NCBI GenBank assembly: GCA_002269645.1
Contig: NIVC01002728.1
Span: 62,001 to 126,000, forward strand
Length of the DNA stretch: 64,000 nucleotides
Source: Macrostomum lignano
Lineage: Eukaryota
Reading direction: 5' to 3'
Part shown: positions 1 through 12,833 of the stretch, in pieces
Layout: every line of letters begins with the position of its first letter
Numbering within the stretch: the stretch's first letter is position 1
Position numbers and translations under genes: made by a program
Notes under the pieces: model-generated
What the model was told of the DNA's origin: nothing
Database searches by the model: none
Seen by the model: only the letters and a program-made list of their open reading frames with translations

Positions 1-38
1 TGAAATACTGGAGACACACGGGGGTAGGCATCATCCAA

Positions 39-530
39 GGGTATCTGCCATCTCCTAGGGTACCTTGGGTATCTGTCATCTCCTAGGGTACCTTGGGTAT
101 CTGTCATCTTCTAGGGTACCTTGGGTATCTGTCATCTCCTAGGGTACCTTGGGTATCTGTCATCTCCTAGGGTACCTTGGGTATCTGTCATCTTCTAGGG
201 TACCTTGGGTATCTGTCATCTCCTAGGGTACCTTGGGTATCTGTCATCTCCTAGGGTACCTTGGGTATCTGTCATCTCCTAGGGTACCTTGGGTATCTGT
301 CATCTCCTAGGGTACCTTGGGTATCTGTCATCTCCTATGGTACCTTGGGTATCTGTCATCTCCTAGGGTACCTTGGGTATCTGTCATCTCCTAGGGTACA
401 TAATAGGGTATCTGTCATCTCCTAGGGTACATAATAGGGTATCTGTCATCTCCTAGGGTACATAATAGGGTATCTGTCATCTCCTAGGGTACCTTGTGGG
501 GTATCTGCCATCTCTTAGGGTACCTAATAG
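39..530. repeat. 28-bp minisatellite (GGGTATCTGTCATCTCCTAGGGTACCTT), ~17 copies
   Basis: Direct tandem units read from the sequence. Confidence 0.95.
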
Positions 531-646
531 GGTACATGGCATTATTAGGGATTACCTCAAGAGTGTCATTATAACACTCCCCTGGAAGTCAAATGAATGC
601 CCAATTCGTTACAAGGGCAATGATTATGTAATCAAATGAAAATTGA

Positions 647-652
647 TTTATT
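647..652 (-). promoter_or_regulatory. Putative polyadenylation signal (AATAAA) of the srGAP gene
   Basis: TTTATT on + strand, ~95 nt downstream of the TGA stop at 748-750. Confidence 0.55.
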
Positions 653-747
653 AGCACAAGAATAACGACGCTACGGATGGAAGGAAATGATTAACTACTA
701 TTGGTCTACACAATGCATTGCATTGATACAATGCATTTAAGTCTTAT

Positions 748-3700
748 TCACTTAGCCAGTTTAACAGGCTTGGGTCCAACCTTAGGCGGCGTAGGCCGAT
801 GCGCTCGCAGCAGGGTGTCCGCATGGCCCTCCAAAGCGAACTGGTCTGCGGCGGTGGTTGCGCCACCTTCAGCAATTTCGCCAGACTGCGCAGGATTCGG
901 CAGGTCGGAAACAAGATCCGGAGCTCGCTTCGATGCGGGCAGATGCATCTTGGCATTTAGCAGCTCCTGCGGATTGGCGTAGGGCGACTCGGTGTCGTAG
1001 GTCAGGGACTCCAGACCGGCGATAACGTCTTGCAACGCTTGGTCGATGCTTTCCATTGACGCTTCCGAACCAGCTTTGCTGCCGCCAGCTGTAGCATTAG
1101 CACTACTACTACTGCTAGTAGTAGTGTTTTTATTTAGCTTAGCCGGCATTGATACGGATATATCGCTTTCATCTAATCCGCGGCTAGATTGAGCTGGCTC
1201 AGATTTGGTTGGACTTTCTTTGGCAGCAGCAGTGTTAGCGGCAGCAGTGATGCTGGATATTGACGATGGCGACGAGCTGGCTGCAGCTGCATCGCCGGCG
1301 CCTTCGTCCACGTCAACTGCAGCCAAGTTTGAGGAGGCAGTTGGCGTCGAGGCGGTGGAGAACACCGACATGGATACTTGATCAGCTTCAATAGATTCGG
1401 ATGATGATGGCAACAGTCTGGTGACGTAGGCGTCGGGCAGGTAGCCCTCTTTGCCAGCTGAGTTGCAGCCGTGCAGCCACTCGGAGGTGATCCGGCTCAG
1501 TATGGTGAGCACGTCGCCTCTGGAGAAGCTCAATTCCCGTGGCGTTCGAGCTTGGAACGAATACTTGGCGGTGACCATGTAGTTGCACTCGGACAGGTCT
1601 GCGGTGTGTGAAGCATTGTAGCACCGGTTTTGGAAATTTAGCTAATTGCGGTAAACCACTTGGATAAACTCACTCATACATCTAGTAGCTCTCAGGTAAT
1701 GTCACCTTGACTGTCACCGGTAATCCCACCGACTCTCACCGGTAATCTCACCTGACTCTCACCGATAATCCTACCTGACTCTCACCGGTAATCCCACCTG
1801 ACTCTCACCGGTAATTTCACCTGACTCTCACAGGTAATCCCACCTGACTTTCATCGGTAATCTCACCGGACTCTCACCGGTAATCCTACCTGACTCTCAC
1901 CGGTAATCCCATCGACTCTCACAGATACCTGACTTTCACCGGTAATCTCACCTGACTTTCACCGGTAATTTCACCTGACTCTCACAGGTAATCCCACTCG
2001 ATTCTCAACGGTAATCCTACTTGACTCTCACAGGTAATCCCACCCGACTCTCACAGGTAATCCTACCCGACTCTCACAGGTAATCCTACCTGACTTTCAC
2101 CGGTAATCCTACCCGACTCTCACAGGTAATCCTACCTGACTTTCACCGGTAATCCTACCTGACTCTCACAGGTAATCTCACCTGACTCTCACAGGTAATC
2201 TCACCTGACTCTCACATGTAATCTCACCTGACTCTCACATGTAATCGTTATTCAACTACAATTCAAGCGCTCACCAATCTCCGAAGACAGCGATTGGTCT
2301 TCCTCGTCCTCATTCTCAAAGTCATCGTCCATCATCTTGTGATACACTGGGCCGGACACGTCCTTCCTATTGAAAATCTCGGACTCGTGCTCGATAATTA
2401 GCTTCATCAGGTGCGATAGCGAGCTTTGAAACACTACAGGATCGCGGCCCTGAGGCACCGGCATGAAGGACGGAGCTAAACAGATTGACAGATTGTAAGA
2501 GTCCATGAGATTCTCGTCCGAGAATGAGGACAGGTGGTTCAGGAAGGCAAATAGGAATCTGAAAGTGAAATTGTTGGGAGATTTTTGGGAGACCGGTAGA
2601 ATTATCATCTTAACCTTAATTTAATCCTAAACCTAATTTTAGAAACTAATATTAAGTGTCGACCATCAACTTGATTCGACTCTCGCTCGACTTTCCAACA
2701 GCTAACTCTCACCTCAATCTCACCTGACTCTCACCTCACTCAATCTCACTTGACTCTCACCTCAATCTCACCTGACTCTCACTTCAATCTCACCTGACTC
2801 TCACCTGACTCTCACCTCAATCTCACCTGACTCTCACCTCAACCTCACCTGACTCTCACATCAACACCACCTGATTATCACCTCAACCTCAACTGACTCA
2901 CATCTCAATCTCACCTGACTCTCACCTCAATCTCACCTGACTCTCACCTCAACCTCACCTGATTCTCACATCAACATCACCTGATTCTCACCTCAATCTC
3001 ACCTGACTCTTACCTGACTCTCACCTCAATCTCACCTGACTCTCACATCAACACCACCTGATTATCACCTCAACCTCAACTGACTCACATCTCAATCTCA
3101 CCTGACTCTCACCTCAATCTCACCTGACTCTCACCTCAACCTCACCTGATTCTCACCTCAATCTCACCTGACTCTCACCTGACTCTCACCTCAATCTCAC
3201 CTGACTCTCACCTCAACATCACCTGACTCTCAACTTAACCTCACCTGACTCTCAACTTAACCTCACCAGACTCTCATTTCAACTTTACCTGATTCTCACC
3301 TCAACCTTATCCGACTCTCACATCAACCTCACCTGACTCTCACCTCAACTCAATCTGACTCCTACTTGATGTTTCTGACAGCATTTATCTAACCTGACGT
3401 GACATTTATCTACTTTTGCTAAACGATTTCTTTCCTGCTGTTAAACAAACAAGACCATTCAAAAAATCACCTGAGCACTCGATAGACATTCGGACTGAGC
3501 TGCTGGAAAATCTCCCTCAGTCTAACAATAGTATCTGCAATTGAGTCCTTCTTGGTGCATTCCAACATATCGTCAAATAGCCTGGATGGCAGCACAGGCT
3601 CCTCCAGGCCCCGCAGGTAGAATTTGAGCACACCAGCTGCCGCATTCACGTCTCGGCCGTCTGTTGCGTTGGCAAACGGATCTTCGCCACGTTCGAATGC

Positions 3701-6700
3701 TTCTTTGAGTCGGTTGACCTCCGACTGGGAGCCAGGGATTCTAGATTAGGTTGAGGTGGCCAGAGTGAGATATGGATATTTATCCCGAATTAGAGACACT
3801 ATATAACTGGGAGTTTAGCAATCCGATTGAGAGTTGGGATATTTATCCCAAATTAGACACTTAATATATTGAGAGATTAGTGAGCTGACTGAGAATTGGG
3901 ATATTTATCCCAAATTAGAGACAATAAATATATTGGGAGATTAGTGAGCTGACTGAGAATTGGGATATTTATCCTAAATTAGAGACAATAAATATATTGG
4001 GAGATTAGTGAGCTGACTGAGAATTGGGATATTTATCCTAAATTAGAGACAATAAATATATTGGGAGATTAGTGAGCTGACTGAGAATTGGGATATTTAT
4101 CCTAAATTAGAGACAATAAATATATTGGGAGATTAGTGAGCTGACTGAGAATTGGGATATTTATCCCAAATTAGAGACAATAAATATATTGGGAGATTAG
4201 TGAGCTGACTGAGAATTGGGATATTTATCCCAAACTACAGACACTAAACATATTGGGAGATTTGTCAGCTGATTGAGAATTGGGATATTTATCCCAAATT
4301 AGAGACAATAAATATATTGGGAGATTAGTGAGCTGACTGAGAATTGGGATATTTATCCCAAACTACAGACACTAAACATATTGGGAGATTTGTCAGCTGA
4401 TTGAGAATTGGGATATTTATCCCAAAGCAAGACCAACAGGGGAAGATTAGAGTGAAAAAAACAGGAAAAACTCTACCTGAACACTCCCTGATTGTGCAGC
4501 CCATATTGATGAATAAGCTTAACGCAGGACAGCACAATAGTGGGAAATTCTTGCAGATCATCAACCGAACCGCCAAATAATTTCGGCTTCCCGCTGCCAA
4601 TGAGCTGGGCGTTAACTTTGATGATGGACTTCTTTCGAGGCTTAGTTGGCAGCGGGGGCGGCGCCATGCCGCTCTCCCTACCGAGCGCTCTGGAGATGGC
4701 GGCAGCTCTGGCTCGAGAGCGAGTCAGCTGGCAGTTCTTGCGCATGTATTCGGAAAATTTGCCCAGGTAGAATTCGCCATTCTCCCAGGCTCGCTTCTTG
4801 TCAGTGTCTGCGTTGCGCTGCTCCGGCTGTTGACTTGAATCCGCGGCAAAGTCACCTGGGGTTTTGTGATAAGTAAGAAGCGATTGTACTTTGGGAGTGA
4901 CGTGTTAGTCTTTGTACAAGGGGAGTGAGGTGGTGGTCTATGTACATGGGGAGTGAGGTGGTAGTCTATGTACATTGGGGAGTGACGTGGTAGTATATGT
5001 ACATTGGGGAGTGAGGTGGTAGTTTATGTACATGGGGAGTGAGGTGGTAGTCTATGTACATTGGGGAGTGACGTGGTAGTATATGTACATTGGGGAGTGA
5101 GGTGGTAGTTTATGTACATGGGGAGTGAGGTGGTAGTCTATGTACATTGGGGAGTGAGGTGGTAGTATATGTACATTGGGGAGTGAGATGGTAGTTTATG
5201 TACATGGGGAGTGAGGTGGTAGTCTATGTACATTGGGGAGTGAGGTGGTAGTTTATGTACATGGGGAGTGAGATGGTAGTTTATGTACATGGGGAGTGAG
5301 GTGGTAGTCTATGTACATTGGGGAGTGACGTGGTAGTATATGTACATTGGGGAGTGAGATGGTAGTTTATGTACATGGGGAGTGAGGTGGTAGTCTATGT
5401 ACATTGGGGAGTGAGGTGGTAGTTTATGTACATGGGGAGTGAGATGGTAGTTTATGTACATTGGGGAGTGAGGTGGTCGACTTTGTACATTAAGGTCGAG
5501 TGAGGTGCTAGTTCATGTACAATAAGGCGTGAGGTGGTAGTATATGTACATTGGAGACTGAGGTGGTAGTCTATGTGGGCAAGAAGTAACCGCAAGACTC
5601 ACCAGAGATGCCAGACTGCGATTCTTTCATAGCCTGACAGAACATCTCGTTTACGTAATAGTCAGAGACGCTGATTTCAGACAGCCAGGACTGTTCAGCA
5701 GCTTCCAGAGTCTTCCACAGTTCGTCAGACTCAAGGCCGGTGTTTTTAATAAGTGTTTGCAAATTGTTGTAACGACTCTCCAGTTCGTTAAGCACGTCAG
5801 ACTGATTTGCGCAAACCTGATTTATTGGATCGCCTTTGTGCGCTACGAATTTTAACGCCTTAGGCTCGGTGAATGCTAACTGCGATGTTTGCAAGAAGTG
5901 CAGCTTGTCTTGCCTGTTGAGATTAAGTAGATAAACGGCATCTTGAACAGTCAGAATGTTACTGCATACATTACATACATGCGTCGATTTGTACATAGAC
6001 GACCACCTCACTCCCCAATGTACATAGACGACCACCTCACTCCCCAATGTACACAGACTACCACCTCATTCCTTAATTTATAGACTGCCACCTCACTCCC
6101 CAATGTACATAGACTACCACCTCACTCTCCAATGTATAGACTACCACCTCACTCTCCAATGAGCATAGACTTCCACCTAACTCTCCAATGAGCATAGGCT
6201 ACCACCTCACTCTCTAATGTACATAGACTGCCACCTTACTCCCCAATGTACATAGACTGCCACCTCACTTCCCAATGTACATAGACTACCACCTCACTCC
6301 CCAATGTACACAGACTACCACCTCATTCCTTAATTTATAGACTGCCACCTCACTCCCCAATGAGCATAGACTTCCACCTAACTCTCCAATGAGCATAGGC
6401 TACCACCTCACTCTCTAATGTACATAGACTGCCATCTCACTCCCCAATGTACATAGACTACCACCTCACTCCCCAATGTACATAGACTACCACCTCACTC
6501 CCCAATGTACATGGACTACCACCTCACTCCCCAATGTACATAGACTACCACCTCACTCCCCAATGTACACAGACTACCACCTCACTCCCCAATGTACATA
6601 GACTACCACCTCAATCTCCAATGTATAGACTACCACCTCACTCTCCAATGAGCATAGACTACCACCTCACTCTCCAATGAGCATAGACTACCACCTCACT

Positions 6701-9700
6701 CCCCAATGTACATAGACTACCACCCCATCTGCTAATGCACATACATTTAGACTAGCATCTCAATCCCTCATGTACATAGACATAAATGTACGAGTAATTA
6801 TAATTGCTGGGAAGTCAGGTACTGCATACATAATAAAAAGCATATAATGATGAAGAAAAAAAATTCCTAGCATACTGAACTAATTGGAAAAAGTTTTTTA
6901 ATGTTTAACGTATAAAATGAAGCAAGAGAAACTTATAACTGACTAACAAAATCTTGCTAGATACGAATTAAGGGCGTCGAAAAGAATGCTTAAAATACTG
7001 CTGATATGTTATAACATGCTGATCCAGTATTTCTAAGGATAAGAAAAGTATAAGATAGTTCCACTTGCCCAGAAGACTTCAAAATAACATAATACGCTTG
7101 CTGAAAATAATTTATATATTTTTGAATTAACAACAGATAACAACAGTCTTGTATCAGTCCACCAAGGCTTACTAAAATATGTCTGTTAAATAACATTTCA
7201 GGGCGATTCTTAGACCTGTTTGAGAGTGATTCTTAGACCTGTTTGAGGGCGGTTCTTAGACCTGTTTGAGGGCGGTTCTTAGACCTGTTTGAGGGCGGTT
7301 CTTAGACCTGTTTGAGGGTGATTCTTAGACCTGTTTGAGAGTGATTCTTAGACCTGTTTGAGGGTGATTCTTAGACCTGTTTGAGGGTGATTCTTAGACC
7401 TGTTTGAGGGCGATTCTTAGACCTGTTTGAGGGCGATTCTTAGACCTGTTTGAGGGCGATTCTTAGACCTGTTTGAGGGCGATTCTTAGACCTGTTTGAG
7501 GGCGATTCTTAGACCTGTTTGAGGGCGATTCTTAGACCTGTTTGAGGGCGATTCTTAGACCTGTTTGAGGGCGGTTCTTAGACCTGTTTGAGGGCGGTTC
7601 TTAGACCTGTTTGAGGGTGATTCTTAGACCTGTTTGAGGGCGGTTCTTAGACCTGTTTGAGGGCGATTCTTAGACCTGTTTGAGGGCGATTCTTAGACCT
7701 GTTTGAGGGTGATTCTTAGACCTGTTTGAGGGTGATTCTTAGACCTGTTTGAGGGCGATTCTTAGACCTGTTTGAGGGCGGTTCTTAGACCTGTTTGAGG
7801 GCGGTTCTTAGACCTGTTTGAGAGCGATTCTTAGGTAACAATATTTTTGTTAGTAAGGTGATTCACTCACTTGGCATCCAGCTGACTCATGGTGTCCATA
7901 AACAGTCTCACAAAGCTCTCCTGTCTCTGCTTCATAGTGTCCTCCGTATTCAAATGCATCATGGCGGCTCTAGCCAGGGAATTGTGAAAGCCGCAGGCCA
8001 TGCAGTCTAAAATGTCCGGCATGTCATCAGAGAAATACTTCCGCAGGCAGGCGTTGGCGCTCTCCAACTGTAGCAGGTAGTCATTGCGTTCGCGCAATGC
8101 TTTATGCTTGGTAGAGTCGTACTTTTCTCGGCGCCTCTCCACGGTTTTGTCCAACTGCGGGAGACACCGGAAGTTGAACATTTAAAAACCGGAAGTCAAG
8201 ATTAGATATATAAACCCGAAGTGAAGATAATATTTAGAAACCGGAAGTGAATATACGATTCAAAAACCAAAACTGACAATAAGATAAATAAACAGGAAGT
8301 GAAGACAAGATTAAAAAACCGGAAGTGAAGACAAGATTAAAAAACCGGAAGTATTGTCCCAGCAATTGTCCCAGTTGCTATTGTCCCAGCAACTGAGAAT
8401 CTGGGAGGCTATTGTCCCAGCAACTGAGAATCTGGGAGGCTATTGTCCCAGCAACTGAGCACAAACCTGCTTGAGCCGTTTCTCCACACCGCTGGCACTG
8501 CCAGACTGGCCAGCCTCTTCCAGTCGTCTTCGATCATCCTTGGCCGCCAGCAGCTTGGCCTCAGCTTGAGCAGCCTGTCCGTAAGCAATCTGATAAGTTC
8601 TCAAACTCTGACCAACTTGCCTGACATTCTCCATCACTTCATCTTGGCCAGCGATGCACATCTCTTTGCATTTTTGAAACAATTTAGCAGAGTTCTCACG
8701 AATATCGGTGAATCTTGGCGCCATTTTGGTGCTAAAAATTTTCGCCACAACTCCATGATTGACACTCTGGCTGTGAGTGATGCCGAGGACTGTTTTGTAA
8801 AATTTAAACAGCGAATAACTGCTGGCACCAGGCACTGAACGATGCCGCTCGAGCATGTGAAGTTTTTCAACTCGAGAGCTGAACAGTTTCTTCAAATCCT
8901 TCGAATATTGCTCCTCAATTTCAGCTCGGCGGCGGTAAAATTCGTTCAACTCCAATAAGACTGCGCTCTCCCACTCTAGTCGGGTGTCCATGAGGCGCAG
9001 CTGCTCAGTGAATTGAACTCGCAATTCTGTGAGTGTTTTTTATAAAATTACATTAATTAAAATAATATTACATTTTTATTTATATACTATTATTATTATA
9101 TAAGCAAAAACAAAAAAAATCAACCAAATTATTAGCCAAAAATAGTTTTTTACACAATGCAAAAATGTCATTTATTGTTGCAACACTGCCCTAGATTTGA
9201 GAGAGTTGGTGTGCATTAATATTTTGGTGTACGTTTGTAACTATTCAATTTTTGTCTGGGCATGCAATCGGCATGATATGGATTATGCCTGGCTAGAAAC
9301 CATTGGGATCCACGAATTTATTTGCTGGACTATTTGTTATAGTCATTTTACTGTGTCATGACACAATCCAGACTAAGGGCAAGCCATAGTCCAGATCATG
9401 CTAGGTGCATGCCTGAACACAAATTGAATAACTACAAATGCATGGCAAAAAAAATTGAGTGCATGCCCACTCTCAAATCCACACTGGTGTTACAACAATA
9501 AATGATCTTTTTTACATTGCGACAATAAATTTCCTTTTTTTAAATACATAAAAGACCATTTTTGGCTTAATACTCATAATTTGGTTGACATTTTTGCTTT
9601 TTCACCAATAATATTAATAGCCAAAAATTGATGCATGCAGAGATTTCTATAAATGCCCTATTATGAGCTTTAATTAGTTTAAAAACCTAGAAAGCTTGAA

Positions 9701-12700
9701 ATTTATGCTTAAAAATAAACGTCTTTTATCTTTTTTTCACTTTAAACAAACTCTTCCGCAAGATTCCATAAGGCTATGGCTAGAGTTCTGGCACTGGAAC
9801 CCATTTTCTAATGGCTATGGATCTGGCAGTGCCATTATAATATAGACCATATATGTGCAACAGTCGGCCTAGTCGGCCGATATGGCCAACCAAGGAAGTC
9901 GCAAAAATGCCCACCCGAAAAATACCCAAGTAGTAGCACTAAGTAGCTGACGAGGCATTTTGGCTTAGTAAGACAGTCATAGTTACTCCTGCTGTTTACC
10001 CAAAGTTGCGTTAATTTTCCTTGAGGGTTTTTTACATGTGTCGCATTTTTGGCCAAAAACTATGTCGCATTTTTGTTAAAACTAAGTCGCACGGCCAACC
10101 GAATTTTCGAGGTTGCGCATATATGATATAGACAGAACATTATGCTTGTTTATTTTTCTTTCTACAGGTGGCTGATGTTGAGATTTTGTTCTAGATAAGA
10201 TTCAAGACAATATGATAAGATTTGAAACAAGATGCTTTTAATGTTCATATTTCTAAAGATTTGTTCTTAGTAGTCAGGTTTGTGCATGCCAGGTTTGCAC
10301 GCATACTATTTTCTTAGAAGTATGGTGCATGCCAACTGCACACACCTACTTTTGGCATGCAAGGCCAATGCACACCCAAATTTTTGGGCATTTACTATAT
10401 TACATCTACATGATCTGGAGTGTGGAGGGCAAGGCAATAGTTCTGTCTTATCTATTTTTCTAAATCATGCCACAGTAAAGAATGAAAGCCATGAAAAAAT
10501 TAAATGACTTTTAGATACTGTGCCAATGCAACATTGGCAACATTGGCCAATACAATGAAATCATAGTACACTAGTGGCATACACCACCACTAATAAAAAT
10601 TCTAAGAAATTATACATTTTCTTTTAAAAAGCCAACTTTTTCTTGATTTTAAAAAATTCTGGATTATAATTGATTGAAAAACATAGGTGAAAAACATTTT
10701 AGAATCCTCTTGATTATTAGAGCAGTACCTCTTGAAAAATTTTTAAACTTCAATTTGGACTAGTACCCTTGGAGGCCTATCCAGACTGAGAGCTAATATC
10801 TAATATAGGGCCTAATATTTAGTCATAATATAAATAGCTAAAAATTGGACTTCTTGAACTTTAGGTAGATATAGATAAAATAGTTGCAGTTTTGATAGGA
10901 TCATAATTTTGTCTTTATAGGAGTTTTTGATGGTGCTGATTTCAAATTTGAGTTTCATTTTTTCATAGCTTAAAGCCAACCACTGGGACATAAGGAATGG
11001 GGGGTTTTAGGGTGGGGAGAATCTTTATAGGGATTGATTTTACCTACTTAAACTTCAATAGAGGCATTCAATAGTCAAGCATTCGGAGAACAGTAATTAT
11101 GGTGTCTGAGGACCCGCTCTGAATGCCCGCGCTTAACGAAGACTACTCGCCTACAACTAAGACTACCTTCCCCCTAGAATTTGAGGACCCCAGCAGTCGG
11201 AGTAAAACAGGAGGAAGATTCCATTGCAATTGGTCTGTGCAATATTTCCGGATTTAATTCAAAGTAAAACCACCCTACCTCATTGGTGTCAGCAAACCAG
11301 CAAAAAATTTTTTCACCAAATTCTCCATCCCCTCGCCCTTATATTTTTCTTTCTATGCTTCCACCTCATTATTAATGTTAAAAATTGAAAAAATATTAGA
11401 AACAGGCAGAGTAAAACAAAGATACTTTTAGTAAAATGTATTATCAACCTAGAAACTTATAAAATATACCTAAAATAGTACAATAAAACACTAGCAAATT
11501 CTAATTTTTATTAAAATGAAAAACTTTAGCATTAGTACTTTCAATAACGATTAAGTATTATTGCTCTAAAAAAGATGAAATATAATCTTCATATATTAAA
11601 AAATACAGTTTGTTCAGGGTCCTTCGATGTGGCCATTGCCGTTTGTCCACATTCAGGAAGGTGTACATTATAGCAGAAAATTCCGGCGCACATCAACGAA
11701 AAATATGCGCGAAGTGGCGCACACGGCGCACAACAAAGGCTTAGCAGAAGTTTTTAGCGCACAGTGGCGCACAGCAAAACCTGATCAGAAAAATTTAGCT
11801 CACATTGAGTCACCTAAATGTATAATCTGCATATGCAGTATGTAAAATATGCTTTAAGATTACATTTTTTCCAAGCATATCAATAAAAAAATTGTTTCTT
11901 GGTAAATAAAACAAATAATAAAATTCAAAATTGGATTTTAATGTAAAGTTAGAGCTATTTCTTTTGATGTTTCTTTACATAAGCTAAAATAAAGCAATAG
12001 TTTTAAGTTGAAAAAACCCGCATAATGTACAAAAATTTATCCGTTTTTAGTTTTGTTTTAATTGGACTTTTACCAAGTTTTTAGTGATATAGCGCATTAG
12101 TACTCTAGCTATGTATTTGTCAATAAACGAATGTAGACCTCGGCACAAAAATTCATATTTTAGCTTTGCGCACAGCACACACTCCAAAAATATGCTGAAA
12201 TATATTCCCGCGCACACGTGACACCTTCCTGAGTGTGGCCGTTTGTAAGACAGGCCTCCAGCCGCCGCGGAAAGTCCAGCAGGGCTTTGGTAATTGTCTT
12301 AGACAAAATCTGGGCCTGATATGAACATGCTTTTGATGTCAAAAAACCCCTTTTCTATATATTTTCTTAGGCCTATGCTAAAATCTGGTTGGGATCCAAG
12401 CATTAATCACAAAGTTATTCATGAAACAAGTTGTAAAGTTACTTATAGAACACCCTGTATATACTAATGCATTGTAAAATATGAGTATGTACATAATGCA
12501 CAGTTGTCGAAGTGACTATGTTTAGAGGTCACTGATTGGCCAGTTGACAAAGTGACCTGAGGGCAAATGCTTCCCAGTTGATGAAATGCCAGTTGACAAT
12601 TTGACTAGGATCAGTCTCTTAGACTCTGGCAAAAGTTTTAGAAAAATGGGAAAATCAGAAGTATTTTACATACCTAAAGTTCAAGAAGTCCTAAAAAATT

Positions 12701-12833
12701 TATTTAGTTACTAGTATGAAAAATGATACTAAAAATGATATCACTTACCTTTAGTCTTAGATTCAAAGTCAATAAGAACATATTTCTTATTTCGAAAACT
12801 TCTATTTAGTTGTGGGTTTATTTGTTGCAACAT
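748..12833 (-). CDS. SRGAP: srGAP (SLIT-ROBO Rho GTPase-activating protein)-like: F-BAR + RhoGAP + SH3, 8 coding exons, 1007 aa
   Basis: Exons read by hand with GT-AG sites and matching phases: 12833-12749 (MLQQINPQLNRSFRNKKYVLIDFESKTK, not in the ORF track), 9026-8467, 8154-7871, 5913-5603, 4855-4477, 3740-3471, 2558-2275, 1598-748; total 3024 nt. F-BAR: ELRVQFTEQL..EFYRRRAEIEEQYSKDL, RNDYLLQLESANA. RhoGAP: GLHNQGVFRIPGSQSEVNRLKEAFE..AAGVLKFYLRGLEEPV..NLMDSYNLSICLAPSF. SH3: AKYSFQARTPRELSFSRGDVL..EWLHGCN..GYLPDAYV. Confidence 0.93.
1690..2243. repeat. ~23-bp minisatellite in srGAP intron 7 (CTCTCACAGGTAATCYYACCTGA-like)
   Basis: Tandem units between exons 2275 and 1598. Confidence 0.93.
2700..3400. 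repeat. ~22-bp minisatellite in srGAP intron 6 (CTCACCTCAATCTCACCTGACT)
   Basis: Tandem units with 11-bp sub-periodicity. Confidence 0.93.
3770..4425. repeat. 64-bp minisatellite in srGAP intron 5
   Basis: GGGATATTTATCC recurs at 3962, 4026, 4090, 4154, 4218 (64-bp period). Confidence 0.93.
4893..5577 (+). repeat. 28-29-bp minisatellite in srGAP intron 4 (GGGGAGTGAGGTGGTAGTCTATGTACATT)
   Basis: ~23 tandem units. Confidence 0.95.
5988..6780 (-). repeat. Same 29-bp minisatellite in inverted orientation, srGAP intron 3 (AATGTACATAGACTACCACCTCACTCCCC)
   Basis: Unit is the reverse complement of the 4893-5577 unit. Confidence 0.95.
7199..7833. repeat. 23-bp minisatellite in srGAP intron 3 (GGGCGATTCTTAGACCTGTTTGA)
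   Basis: ~27 near-identical tandem units. Confidence 0.96.
8165..8460. repeat. Short tandem repeats in srGAP intron 2 (ACCGGAAGT-containing units, then ~31-bp ATTGTCCCAGCAACTGAGAATCTGGGAGGCT units)
   Basis: Direct reading. Confidence 0.85.
9110..9600. mobile_element. Diverged foldback/MITE-like element in srGAP intron 1
   Basis: Imperfect long inverted repeats (AACCAAATT..CATTTATTGTTGCAACAC..GATTTGAGAG vs CTCTCAAATC..GTGTTACAACAATAAATG..AATTTGGTT); no clear TSD. Confidence 0.5.

Noticed and set aside
740-752. Further srGAP exon via an AA|GTGAAT donor at the stop codon
   Set aside because: The in-frame TGA is followed by AATAAA ~95 nt downstream, so a normal 3' end is the simpler reading.
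6990-7196. Extra srGAP exon (ORF MLFNRHILVSL..)
   Set aside because: Exon 7871 splices in phase to 5913 (LDAK|QDKLHF), which gives the expected srGAP continuation; this ORF has no family similarity.
7199-7833. CRISPR-like appearance of regular 20-30-bp repeats
   Set aside because: Units are contiguous with no unique spacers, there are no cas genes, and the context is eukaryotic.
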